DNA of 63,764 bases, the filler included, from Octopus bimaculoides (lineage: Eukaryota): the NCBI RefSeq assembly GCF_001194135.2. It is 7 parts of 6 records of this genome, joined end to end, with 100 filler letters (N's around TTAATTAATTAA, not from the genome) between each part and the next. Parts side by side here need not be neighbours in the genome. Positions count along the whole stretch, not along the records: positions 35,072 to 54,297 come from NC_068981.1; 6 more parts are not named here. One strand, 5' to 3'. Positions within the stretch are counted from its first letter, which is position 1. Each line of letters starts with the position of its first letter. The position numbers and the translations under genes are program-made. The notes beneath the pieces were generated by a model, which worked only from the letters and a program-made list of their open reading frames with translations, did no database searches and had not been told where the DNA came from. Positions 38,460-51,620 of the stretch are shown here, in pieces.

Positions 38460-38770
38460 GAAAGAGCGCACCAATAAGATAGATTACCAGTCCACATGCA
38501 TACAATCCTTCTCTTTCAAAGTCACTGACGTTCTGCTGTGGCAACATCTGTACCATTCCGTATCAGCAAGGTCCAACATTGCAAGGCACCAGTGCCGTCG
38601 CAGGCCTTGTAAGAATGCAGCAAATACTACATCTGTTGTATGACTTCTTAATCTGACAACGTTTTAGCTGCACCATGCAATCCGTTCATCTGTTTAAAGT
38701 TCCACTCGACTTTGGATGCTCTCGGATATGCAGATAACCAAACACCAATGAACTTTCCTTTATTGATGAA
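38460..38770 (-). mobile_element. Highly decayed RTE-like RT (thumb region) fragment
   Basis: WNFKQMNGLHGAAKTLS...YKACD...CWTLL...ATAERQ*L*KRRI loosely matches W..F.QL...W..KTLS...YKACV...ETWTL...E...LRRI. Confidence 0.4.
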
Positions 38771-40843
38771 CATTTGACTAATGGAATATATAAAATAAAT
38801 GAAAAATATAAAATGAATATATAAATAATTATCAGAGGTAGGAAAACATTGTTCTTACTCGATTCCTTAACTTCAATTTCTTGAAAATCTATAAACACTC
38901 AATGAGTACCCGTTATGTGCAGTTAATTTTGTTATCTCACCCATATGAGCCCTAAAATAGCAAATGCCTAATCATAGAAAAGCATTACTTTTCTCTTTGA
39001 CAACATATTTTACCCCAAAGTGAAAGCCAGGACTTTTCTATGCCTTCCTACGCTTCATGTAATCTCTGGTCAACCCTAGGCGAGGAAAGATTATATTCAA
39101 CCAATGTGTCACGATGTGGGATCGAACTGGAACAACCTGACTGGAAAGCGAACATTTTTTTATAATTCAACCATGCATACAACCGTGGTTTTAAAGACTA
39201 TACTTAGTTACTTACCTTTACATGTTTTCGAAACCACAGTTAGACATTATATGTCTGATATTCACGCCAAATTAAGCCCAAAAGAATAAAACAGGCTTCT
39301 TTAAATGTCGAAATGTGAAAAATATGAGATGCCAATTACCTCAACGTCTCTGTCTTATTCCTAGTATTACCATATTTCCATAATGACTGTTTGAAATATA
39401 TTTTTAATAGCAACTGAGTCCCGCCTTCGGACACTTTGTACGAGTTCGCGCATTATCAGGCTGCTACTGTTGCTGCTGCTGTTGTTGTTCTTTCTGACCT
39501 GGATTAGAGTCACGTATTAGACACTGATTGCTGGCGTTCTCAGCTTAGAACCTCGGCTACAATAATGAGTGAAATGTTGTAAAAACACTGATATCTACCA
39601 TGATTACTTAATTTTGAGGCAGATCCATTAATCATATGGAATGATTTCAACGCGCAGTTATAAGATAAAATACGTTGATATAAAAAAAAAAAAAAAGGAG
39701 TAAAACTATTAATTGCTTTGATTTCTTCTTTTCTTTCTGTTATTTTATCAAGGTTAAGTTACCTAACTGTCAAAAGATTTAGCTTATAGCTTTTAAAGCT
39801 CCCCCAAAATGACAGACTTCCATGAAGCAGAAACATATTTTGAAAGAAATGTCAGTATTTAAGGATGTTTTCTGAAAGTTGTTGTTTAGAACTTCACTAA
39901 ATATCTTCAGATTACTGTTTATCTTAGGGGTGTCAAAAGAATATATTTTCAGAGGAGACGCATATCATAATTTATCCAAGATGCCAAAATCTTTTACTTG
40001 CAAGATTTTCAATCCAACCACAAAGCTGNNNNNNNNNNAAAAAAAAAAAAAAAAAAAAAAACAACAATGACATCAATAACAACAGCTTGCATAAAACACC
40101 AACAGCAAGTGAATAAACTGCACTGATGAAATAGTAACAAAGAATAAAATTCATATTATGTGATAAATTACATGAAAGACTAATGATTTTAGAATGCCAA
40201 ATCTTTGACCCGAAGGAATCACATTTGATATGTCTATTGTCGATAATAAAATCAACAAGATATTTATTATCAATTGTTTTGTTCTTGCTTTGCACAAGTA
40301 ATCCAAGAGTTCGAATTAGTAGAACTAGCTAAAGACTGGAAATTAAATGAATGCATTATAGAAAAAAAAAAAATGAAACCACAATCCTGAAAGTTCCATA
40401 ACGCATATCAAATATCCTATGTAATATACAAATTTCAATGTAAACATGAGAATTGTAAACTTTATATATCCGTTTTATATTAGGCACACAAGTATGGGAA
40501 ATTTCTCGTCGATTCTCTATGCATTCACAACCAAAAATCCATTACAACATTTCATAATACAAAANNNNNNNNNNNNNNNNNNNNNNNNNNNNNNNNNNNN
40601 NNNNNNNNNNNNNNNNNNNNNNNNNNNNNNNNNNNNNNNNNNNNNNNNNNNNNNNNNNNNNNNNNNNNNNNNNNNNNNNNNNNNNNNNNNNNNNNNNNNN
40701 NNNNNNNNNNNNNNNNNNNNNNNNNNNNNNNNNNNNNNNNNNNNNNNNNNNNNNNNNNNNNNNNNNNNNNNNNNNNNNNNNNNNNNNNNNNNNNNNNNNN
40801 NNNNNNNNNNNNNNNNNNNNNNNNNNNNNNNNNNNNNNNNNNN

Positions 40844-40951
<108 letters not shown>

Positions 40952-40958
40952 TATTATT

Positions 40959-41210
40959 AAGTCGATGAAAAAGGTGGTAGTAGTGCCAATAATTGTTGGT
41001 TCCCTGGGAACAGTGAGTAAAAGTCTTGAGAAGTACATGGAACAAATAGGAGCTGCAATAAAGGTGAGGCACTTGCAGAAAGCAGCACTGCTTAGAACCG
41101 CTCGAATACTCCTGAAGGTGCTCGAAAAATAAGAGGTGTTTACTTAGTTCACTGGCAGTGAACAGCTGACACTGCAGTATATCTCCAGCATTAAAAGCTG
41201 TGCAAAGGCA
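40959..41210 (+). mobile_element. Second R4-clade (Dong/Rex6-like) 3' fragment
   Basis: KKVVVVPIIVGSLGTVSKSLEKYMEQIG...LQKAALLRTARILLKVLEK*, short 3' UTR and (TAA)n tail; left flank is (TTA)n. Confidence 0.88.
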
Positions 41211-41222
41211 ATAATAATAATA

Positions 41223-41337
<115 letters not shown>

Positions 41338-43620
41338 NNNNNNNNNNNNNNNNNNNNNNNNNNNNNNNNNNNNNNNNNNNNNNNNNNNNNNNNNNNNNNN
41401 NNNNNNNNNNNNNNNNNNNNNNNNNNNNNNNNNNNNNNNNNNNNNNNNNNNNNNNNNNNNNNNNNNNNNNNNNNNNNNNNNNNNNNNNNNNNNNNNNNNN
41501 NNNNNNNNNNNNNNNNNNNNNNNNNNNNNNNNNNNNNNNNNNNNNNNNNNNNNNNNNNNNNNNNNNNNNNNNNNNNNNNNNNNNNNNNNNNNNNNNNNNN
41601 NNNNNNNNNNNNNNNNNNNNNNNNNNNNNNNNNNNNNNNNNNNNNNNNNNNNNNNNNNNNNNNNNNNNNNNNNNNNNNNNNNNNNNNNNNNNNNNNNNNN
41701 NNNNNNNNNNNNNNNNNNNNNNNNNNNNNNNNNNNNNNNNNNNNNNNNNNNNNNNNNNNNNNNNNNNNNNNNNNNNNNNNNNNNNNNNNNNNNNNNNNNN
41801 NNNNNNNNNNNNNNNNNNNNNNNNNNNNNNNNNNNNNNNNNNNNNNNNNNNNNNNNNNNNNNNNNNNNNNNNNNNNNNNNNNNNNNNNNNNNNNNNNNNN
41901 NNNNNNNNNNNNNNNNNNNNNNNNNNNNNNNNNNNNNNNNNNNNNNNNNNNNNNNNNNNNNNNNNNNNNNNNNNNNNNNNNNNNNNNNNNNNNNNNNNNN
42001 NNNNNNNNNNNNNNNNNNNNNNNNNNNNNNNNNNNNNNNNNNNNNNNNNNNNNNNNNNNNNNNNNNNNNNNNNNNNNNNNNNNNNNNNNNNNNNNNNNNN
42101 NNNNNNNNNNNNNNNNNNNNNNNNNNNNNNNNNNNNNNNNNNNNNNNNNNNNNNNNNNNNNNNNNNNNNNNNNNNNNNNNNNNNNNNNNNNNNNNNNNNN
42201 NNNNNNNTATATATGTATATATATACATATATACACACGCGCGCGTTCACACACAAACGCATATATATAATCTATTTACACACACACACACACACACACA
42301 TATTCTGTTGATGGTCTTAGGGCGTTCGTTGTTCTTGACATCATTCTTTCTGTTTTGTGCTGTGCCCAATCCATACTCTAAGTACTTGTGCCAGTTGATG
42401 CTAGCAAGGATGTTATCAAAATCATCATCATCCTCATTGTAATCGCCGACGTCATCGTCTTCATAATCATCATTTTTAGCATTATCGCTGTCATCGTTTA
42501 CGTTGGCCTTGTCGTCATCAACGTCATCATCATTGCATTGTCATAGTATTATTTTCACCGTGGTCGCCGTCGTTGTCGCCATCCTTATTACCATCATTAT
42601 CAGCGACATCGTTTTCATCCAAATAAATACCAGTTGAATATTGGGATTGATGTAATCGATTTAACCCCACCCTCCGAAAATACCTGACCTTGTGTCAAAA
42701 TTTGAAACCATAATTATCACCATCATCACCATCGTTGTCCTCGTCGTCCTCCTCCTGATCATCATTAATGTCACTATGATCGTCAGCAACAATAACGGTG
42801 ATAATTACCCTTACTGTAATGCGTTATATTTTTGTTCCTGCAGTATCTTGTTGTTTTGCTGCATTTTCTGCTGTTATTGTTAATTTTGTTCCTGTTCTTC
42901 TTCCTGCCATTACTATTACTACGACTGCTGCTGGTATTATTGTTTGTGTTGTGCCAATCAATTTCGACAGCGACAATTTTATCAGTTTTGTTGTATAATG
43001 TCTTCTGTTTGATGTCGATGTCGTTAACGTAGTGAATTTTTGTCATACAATAATATTCTTTTGATGGAAAGTTTAATGAATTATTGTAAAAGCCTTGTCC
43101 TGCTTCTTATCCTCGTTGTTATTGTAATTTTTTTAAACATTGCTCCGATAATATTCAGTAGTCTTATTTTTACACATACACTATACGACCAAATGTGGCT
43201 CTGAAAGTTTCGAATATGAGCCCCATTTTGTTTTGGTTTTGTTATTTTCTGTTGTATTGCAACTATTATGTATAATACATTTGCAACGCCTTGTAGGGCT
43301 GTTAGGTGCATGTGTTGCTTAGTTATAAGTCATGAAATTTTCATAATGTAATCGTGTGCATACTTTTTCAGTCTTGTATTATTTTAGAGCTATTTTTCAT
43401 TACACAACTTTTCAAACATCCTGGTTGCCCACTTTATATAGAAATAACCCATAAATATTTCCCGAGACCACAGCTAGATCACTCTTTGCCTATCGATTTC
43501 GAAGCTCTACGCTGGAAGATGGTATGATTTTAATATATTGAGCCTCCTGGCTACTTCTCAAGACCATGTTTCTTTCCTATTCCCTCCTCCCTTTGTTTAT
43601 TTTATTGGACACTTTTGCAT

Positions 43621-43745
43621 TCACTCTGATGAAGCTCCATGTACTAGTTTGTATATTTTATAAAGATGAATATTAATGAATATTATTTTCGTAATTCTTT
43701 CGTAGGCATCGACTGGCATAGGAAGTAGAAACGGCCGTAAGAATT
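43621..43745 (+). ncRNA. Decayed hammerhead-like motif with long loop II, in a Penelope-like 3' end
   Basis: CTGATGA-AGCTCCATG...CATAGGAAGTA-GAA-ACGGCCGT-A; palindromic stem III; stem I weak. Confidence 0.4.
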
Positions 43746-44668
43746 GTTATGTCACAGAAATGTTATGTTCTGTTTTGTATTAAAAAATAATCTACAGATG
43801 TGGTCCAATTTGTTGATCTAAAGTTTTCTCCATTTTCTGATAATTTATATGTGGTAGACGGAAACCGAAAGAAGCCTGTCGTATATATATATATATATAT
43901 ATATATATTTTACTAACATGTCTAGANNNNNNNNNNNNNNNNNNNNNNNNNNNNNNNNNNNNNNNNNNNNNNNNNNNNNNNNNNNNNNNNNNNNNNNNNN
44001 NNNNNNNNNNNNNNNNNNNNNNNNNNNNNNNNNNNNNNNNNNNNNNNNNNNNNNNNNNNNNNNNNNNNNNNNNNNNNNNNNNNNNNNNNNNNNNNNNNNN
44101 NNNNNNNNNNNNNNNNNNNNNNNNNNNNNNNNNNNNNNNNNNNNNNNNNNNNNNNNNNNNNNNNNNNNNNNNNNNNNNNNNNNNNNNNNNNNNNNNNNNN
44201 NNNNNNNNNNNNNNNNNNNNNNNNNNNNNNNNNNNNNNNNNNNNNNNNNNNNNNNNNNNNNNNNNNNNNNNNNNNNNNNNNNNNNNNNNNNNNNNNNNNN
44301 NNNNNNNNNNNNNNNNNNNNNNNNNNNNNNNNNCTCATTGAGTAATTATTACATAAGAGAATCTGCTAGTTAGGAGCTTAGCTCTGAATAAGGTTTATGC
44401 ACACCAGCATACGTTCAATATGCAGTTTTAATAAGAATAATTTGATTCATACCGGGCTGTTCCTGACGAAGTGAAACACACCGTTACACATGTGTCCTAT
44501 GATCCAGTGATATTATTTTCATCCCATTATTTGCCTTTATACATATTTAAGAGGAGAATTCTCTCGCGTACTAACTCCGCAGCGGAAGGTCTTCCCTTAT
44601 ACGAATGCACTCGAACGAAATGAAAATGACTTTATACAAATATATTTCAAACAACTTTGCTTCGTATG

Positions 44669-44702
<34 letters not shown>

Positions 44703-45556
44703 ATAAGGTGCGTGTGTGTGTTTCTGTGTGTCTGTGTGTATGTATACATGAAACGTATACATATGAATATATATTTTATAAGTTTTATATGTATATATGT
44801 TTTGTATGTATACGTACACACATACATATATATGTATATACGCATATATATATACTCTGTTTCTTTTCCACATTTCAAATGACCCTCTAAATCAAGTCAC
44901 TAATTTGTAGAAAATGACAGCCAAATCGCCAATAAATTACACCCTACCCACTAAAAGAAGCTTGTTTAATAGTATGATCCTATGTTCTCTTACATAAGAT
45001 AAAAACGCGACGGTCAGTAGCAGACAGCTTAAGTCCCGTTCAGTTAGAGCAGGCACTGGGCTACACTGTTATCACACCTTGACTTCTCTAAGAAGAATTT
45101 AGTCGTTCACGTAGTAGTCTAGACAAGCAGTCTACTTGGGACGTGTTTCTGCATTATTTAAAATTTGAATAGCTTCGACACCAAAGTAAACCTCATACAC
45201 TTTAAAGATAATGACATCACATATTATTACTGTGTTCTTGTGTGTGTGTGTGTTTGTGCGTGTGTGTATGTGTGCGCGCGCGTATGTGCACGTGTGTATG
45301 TGTGCGTGAACATACTTATATGTATGTACACTATGTATATTCATGTAATGTACATATGTATATGTGTAAGTATGCATGCATGTATGTAAATATATATGTG
45401 TATGTATGTATGCATGTATATATGTATGTATGTACGCATGTATGTATGTATGTAAATATATATATATACCCATTATATATGTATATATATACCATTATAT
45501 ATGTATATAAATATATACCCTTTATATGTACATACATCCGTCCCTATATACACTCA

Positions 45557-45594
<38 letters not shown>

Positions 45595-45991
45595 AACGGC
45601 CACTTGCAAGTGTGTATGACTTGATATCTATGTAGTTGCTAGCTCATCCTTTCGACCTTCCCACTCTTGACCCAGCAAATTATAATGTTTACTAATAATT
45701 TGATTATATAAAGCGCGAGCTAGCAGAATCGTTACCACGCCGGGCAAAAGGCTTAGTGGCATTTCGTTCGTCTTTATATTCCGTGTTGAAATTCCGCTGA
45801 GGTCGACCTTGCAATTCATCGTCTCGGGATCGATAGAATAAGTGTCATTTGAGCACTGGAATTAATGTAATCAGGTCAATGCCCATGAAACTGCTGGCCT
45901 AGTATTTGTTTCCAGTGATTTGTCGCCATATGAAAACTATACCAATTCAAATTTCAAGACTATTTAAAAATAGCACACCATTATCTCTCTC

Positions 45992-46079
<88 letters not shown>

Positions 46080-46196
46080 TCTCTCTCACTACACACACAG
46101 AGTCAAATCGAATAAACGAACATTAAAAATATCAATAACAAACAAGAGGACGTGCATATGGGATGTATGAATTTTAACGTTCGGTTAGAAGAGAGA

Positions 46197-46234
46197 GTTT
46201 CTGACGTTTCGAACATAGATCTTCGTCGGAAAGG
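46197..46234 (-). ncRNA. Decayed minimal hammerhead motif in a Penelope-like remnant (about 46130-46300)
   Basis: CTTT-CCGACGA-A-GATCTATGTTC-GAAAC-GTC-AGAAAC; U4 of the core is replaced by C. Confidence 0.5.
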
Positions 46235-46789
46235 AAAAGGGAAGAGTCCGAGGAAGGAAAAAATCACCAACACATGTGTGTAGTTACCTTGCTATATATA
46301 GTATTGTATTGAGTACGTGTAAAGGGATTTGTGTAATGCAGACGGTTGCCTCAGTCGGTACTCGTGCAGATACTGGTTAATAGGATGTTTGAAAGGGAAC
46401 TTAACTTCAACAAAAGAAAAATGTTCTTCTCATACTGAAAACGTAGGTAGTTTTTGCGAGCGACAGAAGATAAGCTACAGATATTTCAACAACGAGAGAT
46501 CATATAAAGCGTTTAATATGGCGAACAAATCAATGTTGAGGTGGGGTGAGAATTGAGTCACATGTAATATAGCTTAAAATTATAAAACTATTGTTTGTAT
46601 TCATGTTTATATATTTTCCACTATGTTAAAGGTTTTATTTGACTCAGCTAATATCGAAACGGTCGTAACCGAAGAATAAATGTAATGCTAATACCTTCAT
46701 TTTATTACTTGTGATATGTGTGTGTGCGCGCGTGTATGTATGTGTGTATGTATTTTTGTATGTATGTATGTATGTATGTATGTATGTAT

Positions 46790-47505
46790 AGTCAGTATAA
46801 ATTATAAGGCGCAGGTTCAGTCCCATTGCGTGGCACATTGGGCAAGTGCTCGACGACCAATGCCTTTAAAAGAATTTGAAACTGTGTGTGTGTGTCTTTG
46901 TGTCTGAGTTTGTACCCCACCACCGCATGCACACAGGTGTTGGTCCGTTTACGTCCTTGTAACATAGTGGTTCGGCAAAAATCCCTGATTGAGCAAGAAC
47001 CAGGCCTTAAAATGATAAAACCAGGTGTTGATTCGTTCGACTAAAACCCTTCAAGGTCAGTCATTGAACTGCGGTCATACAGGGATACCAGTACGATTGC
47101 AGTTAAGTGGCTGAAACAAGTATAGAAGATAATGATCGTACATTCCTAACCCCAAAGTTCTGGAGTCACTCCCACTGCGTGACATCTTAGACTAGTACCT
47201 TCTACTATACTCTTGGGCTAATCAAAGCCTTGTGAATGGATTTGGTATACAGAAACTGAAAGAAACCCGTCATATATTTGTGTGTGTGTGTGTGTATGTG
47301 TGTGTGTTTGTGTCTTCTTTTGTCCTCCACCGATGTTGGTGTGTTTATGACTCCGTAACTTACCAGGTCGGCAAGAAATATCAATAGAATAAGAACCAGG
47401 CTTTAATAATAAGTACCGGCCTTGATTCATTCGACTACAATTCTTCAAGGCAATGTCCCAGCTTGACCGCAGTCTAAATGACTGAAAGAAGTGAAACATG
47501 AAAGA
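46790..47505 (+). mobile_element. Two tandem SINE family B copies
   Basis: Heads at about 46810 and 47140, each with an internal (TG)n and the ATGACTGAAA tail. Confidence 0.8.
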
Positions 47506-48129
47506 TACGTACGTATATTCAAGAATAATATTTCGCTGCAGTTTTACTCTAATTACAACGTTAAATCCTTTACATAAACATAGATGTTTGCTTGAACTTT
47601 TGAGAGTATTTACATTCGTAATTTAGAAAGCCTTAGTTCATGGCATTACTCGAGTGTTGCTGGGTGGCTGTCAATTTCTTTGAGGTTCTCCTCATATATT
47701 TGATTACTCTGTATGCATTTCTTTTATTACATTCTATTTGTGTCCCTTGATTTCTCTTGTTACCTCCAGACACACACTTCAAATACTTCTTTCACACACA
47801 CACACACACACACACGCACACACGCACGCACACGCACGCACACACACGCACGCACACGCACGCACACACACACACACACACACACATGTATGTATGCGTA
47901 TGAGTGAGATTTTGTGTGTGTGTATGTGAGTGTGTCTGTGCGTGCGCGCTTGTTCGTCAGTGATTTGCATGTGTGTTTGCGCATGCTTGCGTTCAGGCCT
48001 ACCTTGCACAGATTGAAAATTAAAACAATCGATTGAATAAGTACCAGAGTTTAAAGCATTGGTGTGAACTTGAAACAGCCCGTGTAGGAGGTGCTTTATT
48101 ATAGTAGTAATCCAGTGACTGAAGCACAT

Positions 48130-48390
48130 ATATATATATTACCAGACTGTCAGATGTTACACAGCGCTAGTTACCATGCGCTTTGCATTCTTTTAGCCGT
48201 CAAATGACACCACCCCGTTGGCTAGGCATGCAGGCCAACATTCTTCTCACCCCACTACTGATCGAATGGGGTACCGGAGCAACGTCAAATAAAGTGTTTT
48301 GCTGAAAAACACAACGTGCCGCTCAGTCTGGGAATCGAAACTGCGATCTAACGATCGTGAGTGCAGTATCCTAACCACCAGGCCATGAGC
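48130..48390 (-). mobile_element. CORE-type tRNA SINE
   Basis: Minus strand GGCTCATGGCCTGGTGGTTAGG...GTTTCGATTCCC...GCACGTTGTGTTTTTCAGCAAAACACTTTATTT. Confidence 0.8.
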
Positions 48391-48391
48391 C

Positions 48392-48524
<133 letters not shown>

Positions 48525-49028
48525 ACACTCACACAGACATATACACACACACACATGTGTGCGTGAGAGAGAATGGTCAGCTCATTAAGGAAAGCGGTTT
48601 ACTTTTCACATTATCAGATTTTTTTTATCCAATTCTTGTCTACACATATTCCAGGTGTGCACTGAGTAACATCGTACCAATCTGTGAACCACCAGGGGTC
48701 AAACATTAAACCACCCAAACGCACCAGCACCTTGCAAACAGACACTGACGAATAACAGTTCATACATACATACATACACACATACATACATACATACATA
48801 TATACATATATACATACACATAGTCACGCATCCATATATATACATGCACACATACAAATACAAATATATATGTGTGTGTGTGTGTGCGCGCACGCGCGTG
48901 CTTGTTAGTGTGTGAAATATATATATAAATACATATACATACATACATATATATATATATATGTTCATACTTACATATAGACATATATATATATTTACAC
49001 ACACACACACACACACTGATACACATGA

Positions 49029-49325
49029 CGTTAGTACATTCGGCTAGCGATCGTAAGGTCATTAATTCGATTCCCAGTGGCGCGTTGTGTCCTTGAGCAA
49101 GACACTTTATATCTCTCCTTAGTCCAGTCCACTTAGCTGGCAAAAATGAGTTGTACCTGTAGTTCAATGGGCCACAGTAAGTCACGCTGATTCTTCCTAA
49201 GAAATACGATAAAGGTACGTGTACCTCTGGAGTGCTCCGTTCCTTGCATGTTAATTTCACAAGCAGAGCGTTCCATGGATCGAATATACTGGAACACTCG
49301 ACGTAGTAGCTGACAGAGTGCCCAA
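49029..49325 (+). mobile_element. CORE-type tRNA SINE
   Basis: TTCGATTCCCAG...GCGTTGTGTCCTTGAGCAAGACACTTTAT...CCAGTCCACTTAGCTGGCAAAAATGAGT. Confidence 0.8.
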
Positions 49326-49568
49326 CCATATTATACTGGCCATATTTATATAAGTATGTACACGTATGTATGTATATGTATGTGTGTGTGTGCATAAATT
49401 TTCATGTGTTCGTCTTGATGATGATGATGACGATGATTACGACGACGATGATAAGTCGGTGTCATGTTCAGAAAAGTAGGGTGGAATATCCAAAATAAGA
49501 ATTGTTGTTAGTGTGCAAGTGGGAATGTATGTGTTTGGGTGTGCGTATTTATACGTATTTGTTTGTAG

Positions 49569-49619
49569 AGGTCGGCGCAGTTAAGATCAACGAGACTGTG
49601 AAAATGTTTGCATGGACCT
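49569..49619 (+). CDS. Candidate 51-nt phase 1-1 exon (eVGAVKINETVKMFAWT)
   Basis: TATTTGTTTGTAG acceptor and moderate GTAATT donor; only the phase-1 frame stays open; would supply a V-G-A signal cleavage site and an N-E-T sequon. Confidence 0.25.
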
Positions 49620-49949
49620 GTAATTGTGTCTAGTGTCTATGATGTTGGTACCCGACCTCGACTTATCAACCGACATACTATCAGCATATACCCACGCACA
49701 TAGACCCCATAACCACGTAACCCCTCATAGTTACTCTGTTGCAAACACGTTCTACATTCAAAACTAGTACGCAGTCAAACATTATTATGATATGCTGATT
49801 GACGTGTGCCAATATTGTTACTTGTTTGGAATTTGTCTTTTCGTTGGAAAAAAAATCGTTTTGACAATTATTAGTGTATCGCAAAGAAAAGAGGAGATAA
49901 TTAAAATAAGAAAAAAATGATGTTATAGAAATGTTATATATATATATTC

Positions 49950-49981
<32 letters not shown>

Positions 49982-50830
49982 TTGTTTTGCAAGATTTTTT
50001 ATGTGAAATCGTGTGTTGAAACAGATGTTGTTGTACTTGGGGATGGTCATGTTGCCAGTTTAGCCAATAAAAACACACGCACTGTATATTTGGTGTTAAT
50101 TNNNNNNNNNNNNNNNNNNNNNNNNNNNNNNNNNNNNNNNNNNNNNNNNNNNNNNNNNNNNNNNNNNNNNNNNNNNNNNNNNNNNNNNNNNNNNNNNNNN
50201 NNNNNNNNNNNNNNNNNNNNNNNNNNNNNNNNNNNNNNNNNNNNNNNNNNNNNNNNNNNNNNNNNNNNNNNNNNNNNNNNNNNNNNNNNNNNNNNNNNNN
50301 NNNNNNNNNNNNNNNNNNNNNNNNNNNNNNNNNNNNNNNNNNNNNNNNNNNNNNNNNNNNNNNNNNNNNNNNNNNNNNNNNNNNNNNNNNNNNNNNNNNN
50401 NNNNNNNNNNNNNNNNNNNNNNNNNNNNNNNNNNNNNNNNNNNNNNNNNNNNNNNNNNNNNNNNNNNNNNNNNNNNNNNNNNNNNNNNNNNNNNNNNNNN
50501 NNNNNNNNNNNNNNNNNNNNNNNNNNNNNNNNNNNNNNNNNNNNNNNNNNNNNNNNNNNNNNNNNNNNNNNNNNNNNNNNNNNNNNNNNNNNNNNNNNNN
50601 NNNNNNNNNNNNNNNNNNNNNNNNNNNNNNNNNATATATATATATATTCTGGTGGTGTCTTTATATTCGCTAGTTACATGTTCTATCTTTCGTTACTTAG
50701 GCGCTAATTCAATAGTATTATGTATGTAGTCATTATACAAGTTTCATTTACATTATTTACATTTGACGGATTATTTACATTTGACGGATATTTGTCCTCA
50801 TCTTGTTTGTTGTTAACACAACGTTTCGGC

Positions 50831-50894
50831 GTAGTGGTTAAGAGCGCGGGCTACTAACCCCAAGATTCCGAGTTCGATTCACGGCAGCGACCTG
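50831..50894 (+). promoter_or_regulatory. tRNA-derived Pol III internal promoter (SINE head)
   Basis: A box GTAGTGGTTAAG, anticodon-like arm GGG-CTACTAA-CCC and B box GAGTTCGATTC. Confidence 0.8.
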
Positions 50895-50949
<55 letters not shown>

Positions 50950-51001
50950 TAATAATAGTAACATCGTTAGGAATGAGAACCCAGGCTCGAAATTTCCCCA
51001 A

Positions 51002-51047
51002 GACACCTGACGAAGGCTGGAGAGTATATCAGCCGAAACGTTGTGTT
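51002..51047 (+). ncRNA. Minimal type I hammerhead ribozyme (Penelope-type), intact fold
   Basis: Stem I GACAC/GTGTT, core CTGACGA(+A), stem II GGCTGG/TCAGCC (6 bp), GAA, palindromic ACGT stem III, and GUU cleavage triplet (after 51042). Confidence 0.78.
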
Positions 51048-51344
51048 AACAACAAACAAGATGAGGACAAATATCCGTCAAATGTAAATAATGTAAATAA
51101 TTCCTCATCTCTTAAATATAGAACAAGTTTCATGTTCACATATCTTGGACAGTACCTCATTAACACGGTTTCAGATAATGCATGAAATTCTGGCGGAAGA
51201 TTAAATTAAATGCAGAATCATGATTAAACAAACACCGACCATAGTTTAATTGAGCCAATTAAACTTACTTGACATTTCCTAGGATGATAAAGATAAAATT
51301 GCCACTTGAGTACATTTTAGCAGTTATTTAGATCGTTAAATGAC

Positions 51345-51620
51345 TGAAGAAAATCATGAACATCACGCAGGAAAACTACACCACCTCTGAAAAACTCGAC
51401 GTATTAGAAGCCAATGTGTGGCCATTTCACAGTCTAGAAATAACAACATATCTCCTTCAAATCGCTATCTTGGAAAAGAAGGTCACATTGAACTATGATA
51501 TCCTAAATATGGAAAGAGACGAGACGATTGCAGTTGGAACAAATCTGATCATAGATTTGCTCGCTGCTTAAAACTTTATTCCGCAAGACTATTGATACAT
51601 AGTTCTTGATCACGAAGGGT
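51345..51620 (+). mobile_element. Very decayed RTE-like ORF2 C-terminal fragment
   Basis: LKKIMNITQENY...VLEANV...RYLGKEGHIE loosely resembles LR.IL.I.W.D...EVL..AN...RW.GHV.R. Confidence 0.3.

Larger units (their letters stand above)
50748..51122 (+). mobile_element. tRNA-headed hammerhead SINE, copy 2, with inverted 3' duplication and 11-bp TSD
   Basis: TSD ACAAGTTTCAT at 50737-50747 and 51123-51133; 50748-50830 is the reverse complement of the 3' module; head 50831-50894; (TAA)n; hammerhead; tail. Confidence 0.9.

Noticed and set aside
44462-44482. CTGACGA-AGT-GAAAC mini hammerhead
   Set aside because: No stem II and no stem I or III pairing.
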